From a virus (Duplodnaviria > Caudoviricetes), in IMG/VR virus record IMGVR_UViG_3300045825_000032, positions 1-53,134 of that record: DNA of 53,134 nucleotides; one strand, given 5' to 3'. The notes beneath the pieces are model-generated. The model had not been told where the DNA came from, made no database searches, and saw only the letters and a list, made by a program, of their open reading frames with translations. Positions 9,688 through 18,167 of this stretch are shown piece after piece (the stretch's first letter is position 1; the number at the start of each line of letters is the position of its first letter). The translations under genes were made by a program, and so were the position numbers.

Positions 9688-10021
9688 TTATTTGTTTTAA
9701 TAGATTAAAAAAGTGTTCTGCGTTTACAATGGCTAAGGGTTCCTTGTAGTCCATCTTAACAATGACCAGTGGCTCATATTTACCATGAGTCTTAGCCTGC
9801 TCATAGTATGTGTGAATTTGGCTCGTCGCCTTGTTCTTACATTCGATTTGGTAAGGAACCAGTTTCCGTGCCGCTGGGCTAAGTTGTACGTCCTCACCAG
9901 AGGCACCCATCGAGGTTGATTTAACGTCGTCTGGTTCCAGTTTAGTAAAGGCTGTAAGAATTGCATCACGTACCCATTTCTGTAGTATCCGTCCTTTTGC
10001 TTTTGCACTTTGTGGTTTCAA
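9665..10021 (-). CDS. PD-(D/E)xK nuclease / Holliday junction resolvase-like protein (TTG start)
   Basis: SAKAKGR, GEDV and IECKN motifs. GGAG lies 5 nt before the TTG at 10021. Confidence 0.75.
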   Translation of the reverse strand: MKPQSAKAKGRILQKWVRDAILTAFTKLEPDDVKSTSMGASGEDVQLSPAARKLVPYQIECKNKATSQIHTYYEQAKTHGKYEPLVIVKMDYKEPLAIVNAEHFFNLLKQINENSSKD

Positions 10022-10092
10022 ATAATCTCCATATTCCCCTGTGTCTTCATTATACCAACCTCCCTCTATTTTTGGGATAGCGTCCCATGGGC

Positions 10093-10812
10093 TTAATTGT
10101 CCGAGAAGTCTGGAAATTGCCATATGTCATTTTCCTTGTGGAAGATATATAAGCATTGACCATTCATAAGCATTTCTTCATCATTAGAATAAGCATCACG
10201 AACAGCTTCAAACATTTCCTGCTCTGTAGTCAGGCCGTCCAAGATTCGAGTTGCTTTGACTTTACCAATTCCAGAAACACCCTTGAGGCCATCTGTTGCA
10301 TCTCCGATAAGGAGTTGGTAGTAGAAAAATCTAAGTCCATCTTCGGCTGTGACACTAGCAAACTCTGCTGGTTTTGTCCAACGATTTTTACCCACAACGC
10401 CCCCTGATATTTCCCAACTGTAATGATTACCGGGGATTTGCCGAAGGTCTTTGTCCAAAGAGCAAATAACTGTGTTACGAATATCCCCACATTGGCTAAT
10501 TCCAAGAAGGTCATCTGCTTCACATCCGTCAGAACGTACCGCGTTATATTGTTGCTCAAGATAGTCTTTACATTGTGTAAGGTACTGAGGTCGGTCCATA
10601 GTAAGCCGATTGGCTTTATACTCTGGAAAGACTTGATACCTAAAATTATTCTCTCCTGAGAGAGCTACATACATTTCGCTGGCATGTGTGGCTAATAGAA
10701 TATCATCTATCAAACGCTCCATATAATAACGAGCGATTTCAAAGGTTTCTAGATTAGCAGCAGCGGCACACCTGTATGCAATAATATCCCCATCTATTAG
10801 GGCTTTAATCAT
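10093..10812 (-). CDS. 5'-3' exonuclease (T7 gp6/T5 D15-like)
   Basis: LIDGD, YKANR, EADD, SLDKD and GD.TDG..GV.GIG motifs. Confidence 0.92.
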   Translation of the reverse strand: MIKALIDGDIIAYRCAAAANLETFEIARYYMERLIDDILLATHASEMYVALSGENNFRYQVFPEYKANRLTMDRPQYLTQCKDYLEQQYNAVRSDGCEADDLLGISQCGDIRNTVICSLDKDLRQIPGNHYSWEISGGVVGKNRWTKPAEFASVTAEDGLRFFYYQLLIGDATDGLKGVSGIGKVKATRILDGLTTEQEMFEAVRDAYSNDEEMLMNGQCLYIFHKENDIWQFPDFSDN

Positions 10813-11065
10813 AACTTATAACGGACCCCCTTGACCTATGTGGGTACTCTCGGTACTCCATAAAACATCGGTAAACTCCATTCTTTTTAGCTATCCATGC
10901 TTCTTGTTTTACTGTATCCCTACAGTTTTCATGCCATTCCATGTGTTCATTAACATCCTTGGTGAGAGCAACCCCCATCCAAAATCCGGCTGTTCCAAAG
11001 GAAGCAGAACAAAGGATAAGGGTTAGTATATACAAGAAGTCCTGAACCTTACTCTTTAGGCTCAA
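10805..11065 (-). CDS. Hypothetical membrane protein
   Basis: N-terminal hydrophobic helix and operon position. Confidence 0.55.
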   Translation of the reverse strand: MSLKSKVQDFLYILTLILCSASFGTAGFWMGVALTKDVNEHMEWHENCRDTVKQEAWIAKKNGVYRCFMEYREYPHRSRGSVISYD

Positions 11066-11516
11066 GTACCCAGTCCGTGAACTGTTGAGCTACCTCGATT
11101 ACAGTATTAACATCAAGATGCTCAATGTCAGACCGCAATTTAATGTACTCGATAGCATTACTGATACTGGACTGTTTAATGATATACACTTGTTTACGAG
11201 CACGTTCTTCTGGAGTCTCATAGTTACTACCAGTGACTCGTGTAGTGCCTGTAGTTGAGGCAGGAGCACCTGTAGGAGCACTACCATCACTAATAGAGGC
11301 CCATTCATTGTAACCTTGGGCATTCTTGGTCAACTGAACGTCAACTTCTTGTCCTGCCAAAGTTTGTACTTGTTTATAGATGCTAGGATTAGCAAAATCC
11401 ATAATGTTCTGAGTACGGGGTTCACCATTATAGGTGTAAGCTACAATAGCTTTATTGTAACCCTTTGTACCTTTTTTAACGAACTCGTTATTAACACTGT
11501 TAATTGTAATTTTCAA
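11049..11516 (-). CDS. Putative single-stranded DNA-binding protein (TTG start)
   Basis: Beta-rich N-terminal half. It lies between the polymerase and the exonuclease and has its own strong promoter. Function is inferred. Confidence 0.4.
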   Translation of the reverse strand: MKITINSVNNEFVKKGTKGYNKAIVAYTYNGEPRTQNIMDFANPSIYKQVQTLAGQEVDVQLTKNAQGYNEWASISDGSAPTGAPASTTGTTRVTGSNYETPEERARKQVYIIKQSSISNAIEYIKLRSDIEHLDVNTVIEVAQQFTDWVLEPKE

Positions 11517-12235
11517 AGTTTAATTTCCTTCATTTCTAGTTTGTTCATCCCATACTGCACTTCGCAGGACAGGGGTAGTTTAAATTCATAGTCGAAGACT
11601 TGTTTACATAGTTTTGGTACATCTTCGATTGCTTGTTTTAAAAGCATACTAATATTATACACGTTTTTCTCTGGTGTGTCAAGTACTATCGAGTCATGGA
11701 TGGTAGAAATCATTAGAGCTTCCATACCAGACTCACGTAGTAGCTTTCTAGCTTGTAAACGTGCAAGCATAACCAAGTCTGCACCGAATCCCTGAACTGG
11801 ATAGTTTTTAATAATTGTCAGGGGCCACGGCTCAGTCTTGTTGTAGTCAGGGGTTATGGGATAGTGTCTCCCACTTGGGATAGTAAGCTTCCCTTCTTTT
11901 TGGGCGGTACGGAGGAGTTCTCCGTGCCATCGCTGGATTCCTTTATATTTAGAGTAATACTCGTCAATAATGCCTTGCCAGAACTGGACAGACTTAGATA
12001 CGTCTTGAAAGTCTGCATCGTTTGCATAAGAGTATGCGCTTCCACCGTAGATAAGTCTGAACTTAAAGATTTTAGCAATAAGTCTTCCTTGTTTCCCTTC
12101 ACCGAGTTTAAATCTATCACGATTTGCTTCATGTATATCTACCTTGTCAATAATTTCTTGGCACAGAACTTCATCCCCGGATAGCTCTGCGGCTACAACG
12201 ACCTCTAGCCCTTTTACGTCAGCGTTAATTAGTAT
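11513..12235 (-). CDS. Family A DNA polymerase, C-terminal catalytic part (probable ATA start)
   Basis: The frame is open upstream of the track ORF and contains motif A (NADVKGLE), motif B (RLIAKIFKFRLIYG), NYPVQG and motif C (HDS). An in-frame TAG lies at 12248-12250. Confidence 0.88.
   Translation of the reverse strand: MLINADVKGLEVVVAAELSGDEVLCQEIIDKVDIHEANRDRFKLGEGKQGRLIAKIFKFRLIYGGSAYSYANDADFQDVSKSVQFWQGIIDEYYSKYKGIQRWHGELLRTAQKEGKLTIPSGRHYPITPDYNKTEPWPLTIIKNYPVQGFGADLVMLARLQARKLLRESGMEALMISTIHDSIVLDTPEKNVYNISMLLKQAIEDVPKLCKQVFDYEFKLPLSCEVQYGMNKLEMKEIKL
11654..11682 (-). promoter_or_regulatory. Sigma70 promoter inside the polymerase CDS
   Basis: Exact TTGACA-N17-TATAAT. Confidence 0.85.
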
Positions 12236-12413
12236 TATTGTACTCCTCTATAAAACATTCTGCTTCCGCATCTGAATCATTTTCTTGAAGAATATATAAT
12301 TCCATTATCCAAAGTTTATTTATAGTATCAAGATATTTCTCTGCCGGGTTAGCTTTATACCATTCTATATCTTGAAATTCTTTTTTCCATCTAAATGAAA
12401 CAAATTTAGTCAT
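12225..12413 (-). CDS. Small hypothetical protein between the polymerase halves
   Basis: AT-rich 62-aa ORF overlapping both halves. Confidence 0.6.
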   Translation of the reverse strand: MTKFVSFRWKKEFQDIEWYKANPAEKYLDTINKLWIMELYILQENDSDAEAECFIEEYNNTN

Positions 12414-13590
12414 ATCTTGAGATTAAAAGTTGGTCAACTTGATTTCCAAAGTTCTGCATATTGGGATTACTACTGGATAATCGACCAGTTCTAGCCACTA
12501 CCTGATTATACTGTCCATGTAGAAACTCACCCCATCCCATCTTGTCTAGGAGTTCAGGAAGCTTCCCAAAATAAGTATCCATCAGTTTAGCTAACTCTGC
12601 TCGTTCCAATAGCAACTCAATAATCCGTCTATGTTCCTTTGTGGGTTTCTTTAATTGTTTTAGTACCCCTTCATTAGTTTCATAGATAGTAATTTCCTGA
12701 ATACTTCCGTCTGGTAAAGCCAGCTTCTTTTTAAGTTTTGTTTCAGTTTTAGGGAGAGGTCTGAACCTCCACCCACATTCATAGATAACAATGTTATGTC
12801 GAACCCGTGTATAAACTTCTCCCTTACGTGGGCCGCTTTTGTAGACTGTCTCTTCTTCTGTGGGTTCATCAATATCTATTTTCCCGCCATATAACAGACA
12901 GCTAAGATGTTGACCGCTGTCGAGATTAATAGCAGGAGTAGGGGAATGCGTGAGAAGCTCCTCTGTAATCGTCTGTAATTTCTTTGCCGTTTCGTTAGCT
13001 TTAACATTACATAACTCCTTATCAAATTTAATTCCATTCCATTCAATCTCTGCAAGAACCAACAAATCTAATCCCATAATCAGACAGAGTTTCTTCTGTT
13101 TCTCTGTCATTACCTCTTGCTGTTTGAGATAGAGTTTGTAGGTAAGGTCTACATCGAGGTCATTGTAGAACTGCAATTCAGTTACAGGAATGTCTGGAGT
13201 ATCTATCCCAAGGGACCAATACTCGGCAATTTTATCATCTTTGGAACCTAGTTCATACTTCGCAAGGCACTCATTAAGACTAGGATAAGTGCTCGTTTGA
13301 CCGGAGATAATGAACTCCGCCAGTTGGCAATCCCAGATGCGAGTTTTATCAGGTGGTACTATCCCATGCCTGCGAACCCATGTCAGGTCAAATTTAAGAT
13401 TAAATCCTACTACCAGACTTGCTGACTGCATTTCGAGACGTAGCTCATGCAGGAAGTCCGGGGCATCATAATAGTTAAATGATGGTGGATTATCATCTAT
13501 CTTCACTGAATAGGACACCAACTTGTTACTCGCCGTAAACGGGTGTCCTTTCAGATGTGTGGTTGTCTCTACGTCAAATGTTAATACAAT
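12406..13590 (-). CDS. Family A DNA polymerase, N-terminal 3'-5' exonuclease/thumb part (probable ATT start)
   Basis: ExoI (FDVET) lies upstream of the track start, followed by GFNLKFD, YNDLD and RTGRLSSSNPNMQN. AGGAGG lies 7 nt before the ATT at 13590. Confidence 0.88.
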   Translation of the reverse strand: MVLTFDVETTTHLKGHPFTASNKLVSYSVKIDDNPPSFNYYDAPDFLHELRLEMQSASLVVGFNLKFDLTWVRRHGIVPPDKTRIWDCQLAEFIISGQTSTYPSLNECLAKYELGSKDDKIAEYWSLGIDTPDIPVTELQFYNDLDVDLTYKLYLKQQEVMTEKQKKLCLIMGLDLLVLAEIEWNGIKFDKELCNVKANETAKKLQTITEELLTHSPTPAINLDSGQHLSCLLYGGKIDIDEPTEEETVYKSGPRKGEVYTRVRHNIVIYECGWRFRPLPKTETKLKKKLALPDGSIQEITIYETNEGVLKQLKKPTKEHRRIIELLLERAELAKLMDTYFGKLPELLDKMGWGEFLHGQYNQVVARTGRLSSSNPNMQNFGNQVDQLLISRYD

Positions 13591-13601
13591 ATTAAAACCT
13601 C

Positions 13602-13700
13602 CTATTCACTTTTAATAAGTTTACATTTTCTGCATTGGTATCTATTCATACCATAACCAGCAGACCCAACATATTCCCAATCATGTTTGCATTCAATCAT
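13602..13700 (-). CDS. 32-aa zinc-finger-like peptide (not in the ORF track)
   Basis: MIECKHDWEY...YQCRKCKLIKSE (CxH...CxxC), overlapping the helicase stop. Confidence 0.6.
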   Translation of the reverse strand: MIECKHDWEYVGSAGYGMNRYQCRKCKLIKSE

Positions 13701-14946
13701 AATTTTCAATGTCCTTAAAACGTGCAATCTCCGGTTCAATCAACACTTGCATACGAGCATGGCGCATATGAGGGATAGTATCTTCATCTCCTAACAATTT
13801 GTTCTTTGAAATGTTAAGGTAGCGAATATACTCTGCACCCTCTGCATGGGTATTACCCATACCTAGAATCCAATCTGCCTCTGCTTGTTTACTGGTCTTT
13901 GCATTAGCTACGTTATCCATAGTAAGCCACTTCTGGCCCTCCGCAGTACCGTCAGCCTGACATACACCAATAACCGGACAATATCGTTTAGCTAGTTCCC
14001 TAGCCCAGATATAGATTGCTCCTAGCCGTAGGTCTTCCCGGTCAGCATCAAAGCCCTTAATCTTGTCAATCTGGTCAAAGACAACAAGACTAGGGTTTAG
14101 TTGCTTACAAATAGCTTCGACTTTGGACCGACCTATTAACGCGTCGTCAACAAGCCGGAATGAATCAGTTGGAAATCCATGTTTGTACCTTTCAGTTGAA
14201 CCCAACAATTGTTCAAGTCGTACTCCGTGGAACCCTTGATGTACACGAAGCATGACCTCAGCACCAACCTGCTCGTTGTTGAACCATATAATCGGGCCAC
14301 GAGTATCAGGTAAATGTTGAAGCATATATGAAACTTCCGATGCAAGGAAAGTAGTTTTTCCTGACTCTGGTCTTGCGAAAAGAAATCCGAAGTTTCCTTT
14401 TCTAAGGCTTCCAAGGCTTTTGTTAAGGCAATCAAGTCTCCATCTAAGTCCTTTATCCTGATATACTTCGTGTAGAAGCTTCTCCAAATCCCCCGAAACA
14501 AACTCGAAATCTTCCGTCGTTTCTGGATTGTCATTGTTTAATTCCTCCAATAGTTCATTAACAGGTGTTAATTCCCCGGACCCAGTACTGAACTTAAAGG
14601 CTGCCTCAGACAGTTTTAAAGCCGTTTTACGGCGTTTAATCTGCTTAAGGATACCTACCCCTAGGGTGGGGTCTATTTGTGTCTCTGAGAGCGTTTTAAA
14701 TAGCTCCAGATAGATTCCTTTATCCACATCAGGGTATGCTGTGAAGAAAGCAGCCTGTAGGTCGTCTAAACTGAAGTCCTGTATGTAATCCCTATGCAGG
14801 GATTGTAACACCTTGTAAACATAATATAGTTCTTTATACTCATCCCTGATATGTTGCAGGTCAATAGAGTCAAAGTAGCTATCGTAGAACTCCCGTCTTA
14901 GTAGGAGTGTGATTAAGTCCCGTTCAGGGACGTATATAGTATTCAT
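13693..14946 (-). CDS. DnaB-like (SF4) replicative helicase
   Basis: Walker A ARPESGKT, VVFDQ, CQA and AEAD motifs. Confidence 0.9.
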   Translation of the reverse strand: MNTIYVPERDLITLLLRREFYDSYFDSIDLQHIRDEYKELYYVYKVLQSLHRDYIQDFSLDDLQAAFFTAYPDVDKGIYLELFKTLSETQIDPTLGVGILKQIKRRKTALKLSEAAFKFSTGSGELTPVNELLEELNNDNPETTEDFEFVSGDLEKLLHEVYQDKGLRWRLDCLNKSLGSLRKGNFGFLFARPESGKTTFLASEVSYMLQHLPDTRGPIIWFNNEQVGAEVMLRVHQGFHGVRLEQLLGSTERYKHGFPTDSFRLVDDALIGRSKVEAICKQLNPSLVVFDQIDKIKGFDADREDLRLGAIYIWARELAKRYCPVIGVCQADGTAEGQKWLTMDNVANAKTSKQAEADWILGMGNTHAEGAEYIRYLNISKNKLLGDEDTIPHMRHARMQVLIEPEIARFKDIENYD

Positions 14947-14995
14947 GTATTAATATATTATATTAATAATATATATTATTATATATTATATATAA

Positions 14996-15024
14996 AGTAT
15001 ATCATATTCCTTTCTATATGTCAA
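14996..15024 (-). promoter_or_regulatory. Sigma70 promoter for the helicase-polymerase genes
   Basis: TTGACA-N17-TATACT with an extended -10 TG. Confidence 0.85.
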
Positions 15025-15060
15025 GTACTGTTACAAATGTTACTTAGCCTGGGGTGATGG

Positions 15061-15453
15061 TTACGTTATCTCGCACAGAGGGGTTATTTTGTTCGCTGTG
15101 TATTCGGAGAAGTTTTTACAGTCGTATTTTTTCCCACAGTATTCTTTTTGCGACCCGTTGCTTTGGACGAATGTTGAGTAGCTTCTGCAAGTTCTGCAAT
15201 CTTGCGTAGTCGGTACTGCGGCAAGGGCGGTGCGGAGTTCATACGTTTTCTCAAATATTTCTCGCCCGATTGGGTATTCCTCACTGCTGACACCGCGCAT
15301 TATTAAGTCGTCAGGCAGGACGGGCGTTATCCCTTCTCTGGTGCTGGAGTGCGACTCTCCTAGCCTTTGCTTACGTACATGGACGATAACAGGAAGTTTC
15401 ACGCATGGAACCCAGCCTCCATTATCCAGCGCCTCGCGCAGTTTATTGCTCAT
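15061..15453 (-). CDS. Hypothetical protein (PGDYG-like)
   Basis: TREG...DLIMRGV..EEYPI..EIFEKTYE pattern. Confidence 0.55.
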   Translation of the reverse strand: MSNKLREALDNGGWVPCVKLPVIVHVRKQRLGESHSSTREGITPVLPDDLIMRGVSSEEYPIGREIFEKTYELRTALAAVPTTQDCRTCRSYSTFVQSNGSQKEYCGKKYDCKNFSEYTANKITPLCEIT

Positions 15454-15863
15454 TTCACTCTCCCTTCTATATCAGAAATGCTTTGTTTGTAACTCTTTAA
15501 CACCCGCTCAAAGTGCGGAAGGCAGGAATCGGTAACAGTTGCACCGAGGTAGTCTTTCGCTGCTTTCATATCCCGCATCGCCTGCTCAAGCAGCTTGTCC
15601 TGAGACTCTGCTTTGCATTGCTGGCAATCGTGCTGCACCCAATTGGTAGCGGTTAGCCAGCCGTGACCTTTATCACATTCCTTGAATACGATGGTGCAGT
15701 TCTTCATTGAAGGCGGAAGTTGCTTCTCAAGTTCAGCAACTCGGGCGCGGAGTTCGTCTATCTCTGCTTCCATGGCGTAGTTATCTTCCTGAATATCAAA
15801 GTCTGGTCCCTTTGAATGTGCTGGCAACCGTTCCGGCCAAGTTTTAATAGTGGTCATGGTCAA
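15450..15863 (-). CDS. Hypothetical protein
   Basis: Coupled ORF within a GC-richer island. Confidence 0.55.
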   Translation of the reverse strand: MTMTTIKTWPERLPAHSKGPDFDIQEDNYAMEAEIDELRARVAELEKQLPPSMKNCTIVFKECDKGHGWLTATNWVQHDCQQCKAESQDKLLEQAMRDMKAAKDYLGATVTDSCLPHFERVLKSYKQSISDIEGRVK

Positions 15864-16108
15864 TCCTTTGGGAGAAAATGCAACTTCATTCCAAGTGGCA
15901 ATTCTTTTGCTGAATACAAGCCAACGACAACTCTCGCCAATGGCTCATTTTCAAGAACAATTCCAATCGGCTCACCAACCCGCTTGATGTAGTCCTGAAT
16001 GGCTTTGGCGTAGCAGGCGGCTCCGTATTCGTGCATATGGTCATGCGAGAACGACAAGTTATCCGCATAATCACCCATATCTGCTGGCGGCAATTCTGGT
16101 AAGTTCAT
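15860..16108 (-). CDS. Hypothetical protein
   Basis: RBS-led ORF within a GC-richer island. Confidence 0.55.
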   Translation of the reverse strand: MNLPELPPADMGDYADNLSFSHDHMHEYGAACYAKAIQDYIKRVGEPIGIVLENEPLARVVVGLYSAKELPLGMKLHFLPKD

Positions 16109-16830
16109 GTTAAATACTCCTTAATTTGTTGAACACTATATTCCTTTGGGTCTTTCTCTGTTCTTATCCATCGGACAGGATGTTTAAGAAACGTCTGTAA
16201 ACGTGCAACTTTTGCTGGTAATAGTGTATATTGGTCGTCATCCAACCATAAAGTCACAGGTCTTTTTTCCTTAATTAACAGTGTTAATGCTAGGTCATGT
16301 ATATGTGTCCCAAACAGACATAATGCTTGAGTAACCTGACCTACCTTGTGAGCAGAAATCAGGTCCTCAACCAGCACGATGGGAAGGTCGGTCCTTGTTC
16401 CAATTAATTCTACATACTTGTGCCCATCACCCCAGAATCTCCACTTTCTTTTTTCTTTCGTCTTGTCCATTTCAAGGGACCTGCCGATGGAGAACCTGAT
16501 GGGGTTTCCAAAGGTGAGTACAAGCCTGTTGTGGGCTGGAGAATAGCCGGTGTAGGGCTTCCAGTAGGAGTAGGGGAGTCCATACTGGAGGAGCCACTTC
16601 CATCCCTCTGGGGGAATTTCTCTGGTGAAGTCACTAGGTAACACAGCTTTTTCATCATCTGGTATCCTTTCTTTAAGTTTGAAACGAGAGGAATGAGGAG
16701 GTAGTCGATGAAACCCACAACTAAAACAGTGAGAAGAACCATCATTATAAATAGCAAGATTATCTCCAGACCTATCCCGCCCATTAGCAATACATCTTGG
16801 ACATTCATCATATTTTAGAAACTTTGCCAT
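16105..16830 (-). CDS. DNA primase (zinc ribbon plus TOPRIM)
   Basis: CPRC...HCFSCG, LVEDLIS and WLDDD motifs. Confidence 0.85.
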   Translation of the reverse strand: MAKFLKYDECPRCIANGRDRSGDNLAIYNDGSSHCFSCGFHRLPPHSSRFKLKERIPDDEKAVLPSDFTREIPPEGWKWLLQYGLPYSYWKPYTGYSPAHNRLVLTFGNPIRFSIGRSLEMDKTKEKRKWRFWGDGHKYVELIGTRTDLPIVLVEDLISAHKVGQVTQALCLFGTHIHDLALTLLIKEKRPVTLWLDDDQYTLLPAKVARLQTFLKHPVRWIRTEKDPKEYSVQQIKEYLT

Positions 16831-16832
16831 GA

Positions 16833-17261
16833 TTACCACTCATCATCACTACCCTCCTCATCCCCGTTATAGAAAGCCAAGTAGGTATTAATCTCTTCTT
16901 CTGGCAGGAAACGATTATATGTAGTTACCAAATGACCAGTGTTAGCATTCTTAAACTCTACCATAGGAACCCAACCAGACTCTAACAAGTAGTCCTGTAG
17001 AATCGGATATTGCTTTGTACCATTAGCACCATAACTTGATACTAGGGAGCATTGGAGTAGATACCCCCCGCCCGAATACTGGTTATTCCCACTAACAATA
17101 TCTACCACATAGTCTATGAGCGTTTCTTCAAACTTGGTACTATTCCATTTAGGAGGTATTACTTTATCAAGGAAGGTACCATACTCCTCATTAAAGTTCC
17201 CTACTTGGATAATCCCACAACAATTATCATCAATACCAGCATAAAATCTAATATTATTCAT
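16833..17261 (-). CDS. Hypothetical protein with NCCG motif
   Basis: ORF in operon. Confidence 0.6.
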   Translation of the reverse strand: MNNIRFYAGIDDNCCGIIQVGNFNEEYGTFLDKVIPPKWNSTKFEETLIDYVVDIVSGNNQYSGGGYLLQCSLVSSYGANGTKQYPILQDYLLESGWVPMVEFKNANTGHLVTTYNRFLPEEEINTYLAFYNGDEEGSDDEW

Positions 17262-17463
17262 TATCTTCTCCTTCCTCTACATCACTAAAATCTTCCATGT
17301 CAATCGCTTCTGTAGCTTCCAAGTCTTCCCGTGTAACTACAGGAATATCAGAGGATACATCACGGAAGCATCGGTTACACAAATCAATGAATTCTCCAGT
17401 GACTCCATGTTTGCGGGTACTTTCAAAATCATTAAGGTTTTTATCACAAGCAACACAGCGCAT
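17254..17463 (-). CDS. Small zinc-finger protein
   Basis: CxxC...CxxC with an acidic tail. Confidence 0.7.
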   Translation of the reverse strand: MRCVACDKNLNDFESTRKHGVTGEFIDLCNRCFRDVSSDIPVVTREDLEATEAIDMEDFSDVEEGEDNE

Positions 17464-18167
17464 TATACAAGTCCTTTAATAATAGCATTAGCATAACTAT
17501 CCAGAGTCTCTCCCATCAGCCCCGGATTAGCATTAACCTCAAGCAGAATCAATCTATCTTGCTGCTTGTTATAAATAATATCCACAGCACCAAGAGGGTA
17601 ATCCAGCGCTTTAACTGCTTTGAGGGCCAAGTCCCGTAGTCCGTTAGGCTCTTGAATGTCTCCACGGCAAAAAATATAACCATTAGCAAGATTGCGAATC
17701 CGAGTATCCCGTGTATCATCGAAACTCCTTTTCTTTCGTTTCTCTTGAACATCAATCACAGTCCCATTCAGGATATGCACCCGATACTCAAACTTCTTCT
17801 TAGTATATTTCGTGTACAAGGGAGCATTCACCAACTCTTCCCGAGTCTTAGCAAATACAATTCCCTTTCCCTCACTAGACCGAAGTAGAGTACGACAGAC
17901 AACCTGAACTTCTTCTCCAAGCCAAGTAAGAGCAGTCTCGCGGCTATCCGTCCATTCCGGAATCGGTAGCCCCGCCACAGCAAACTTACGGAATTGTGTA
18001 AGCTTATCTGTCCCCCTAAACAATTGGAAAGCTTTACGCCCTCGTACTCGTTCAGGAGATACACGCCAAACCTTGTAACCCAGCTTGGCACTCATAGTTT
18101 CCGCTAGTTCTTTAGCGGCACGTGACCCCATATTATTGGGGACTAATACAATTTTCTTAGTGGACAA
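17463..18167 (-). CDS. ATP-grasp ligase (RimK/glutathione synthetase-like)
   Basis: DKL, EYRVH, AVDII and LLEVNANPG motifs. Confidence 0.85.
   Translation of the reverse strand: MSTKKIVLVPNNMGSRAAKELAETMSAKLGYKVWRVSPERVRGRKAFQLFRGTDKLTQFRKFAVAGLPIPEWTDSRETALTWLGEEVQVVCRTLLRSSEGKGIVFAKTREELVNAPLYTKYTKKKFEYRVHILNGTVIDVQEKRKKRSFDDTRDTRIRNLANGYIFCRGDIQEPNGLRDLALKAVKALDYPLGAVDIIYNKQQDRLILLEVNANPGLMGETLDSYANAIIKGLV

Noticed and set aside
11854-12184. Track ORFs 11854-12132 (-) and 11864-12184 (+)
   Set aside because: They are alternative-frame shadows of the true polymerase frame.
11513-12413. Polymerase pseudogene, or intron/intein at the split
   Set aside because: All catalytic motifs are intact in one open frame. 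The spacer of about 170 nt shows no group I/II intron or intein hallmarks.
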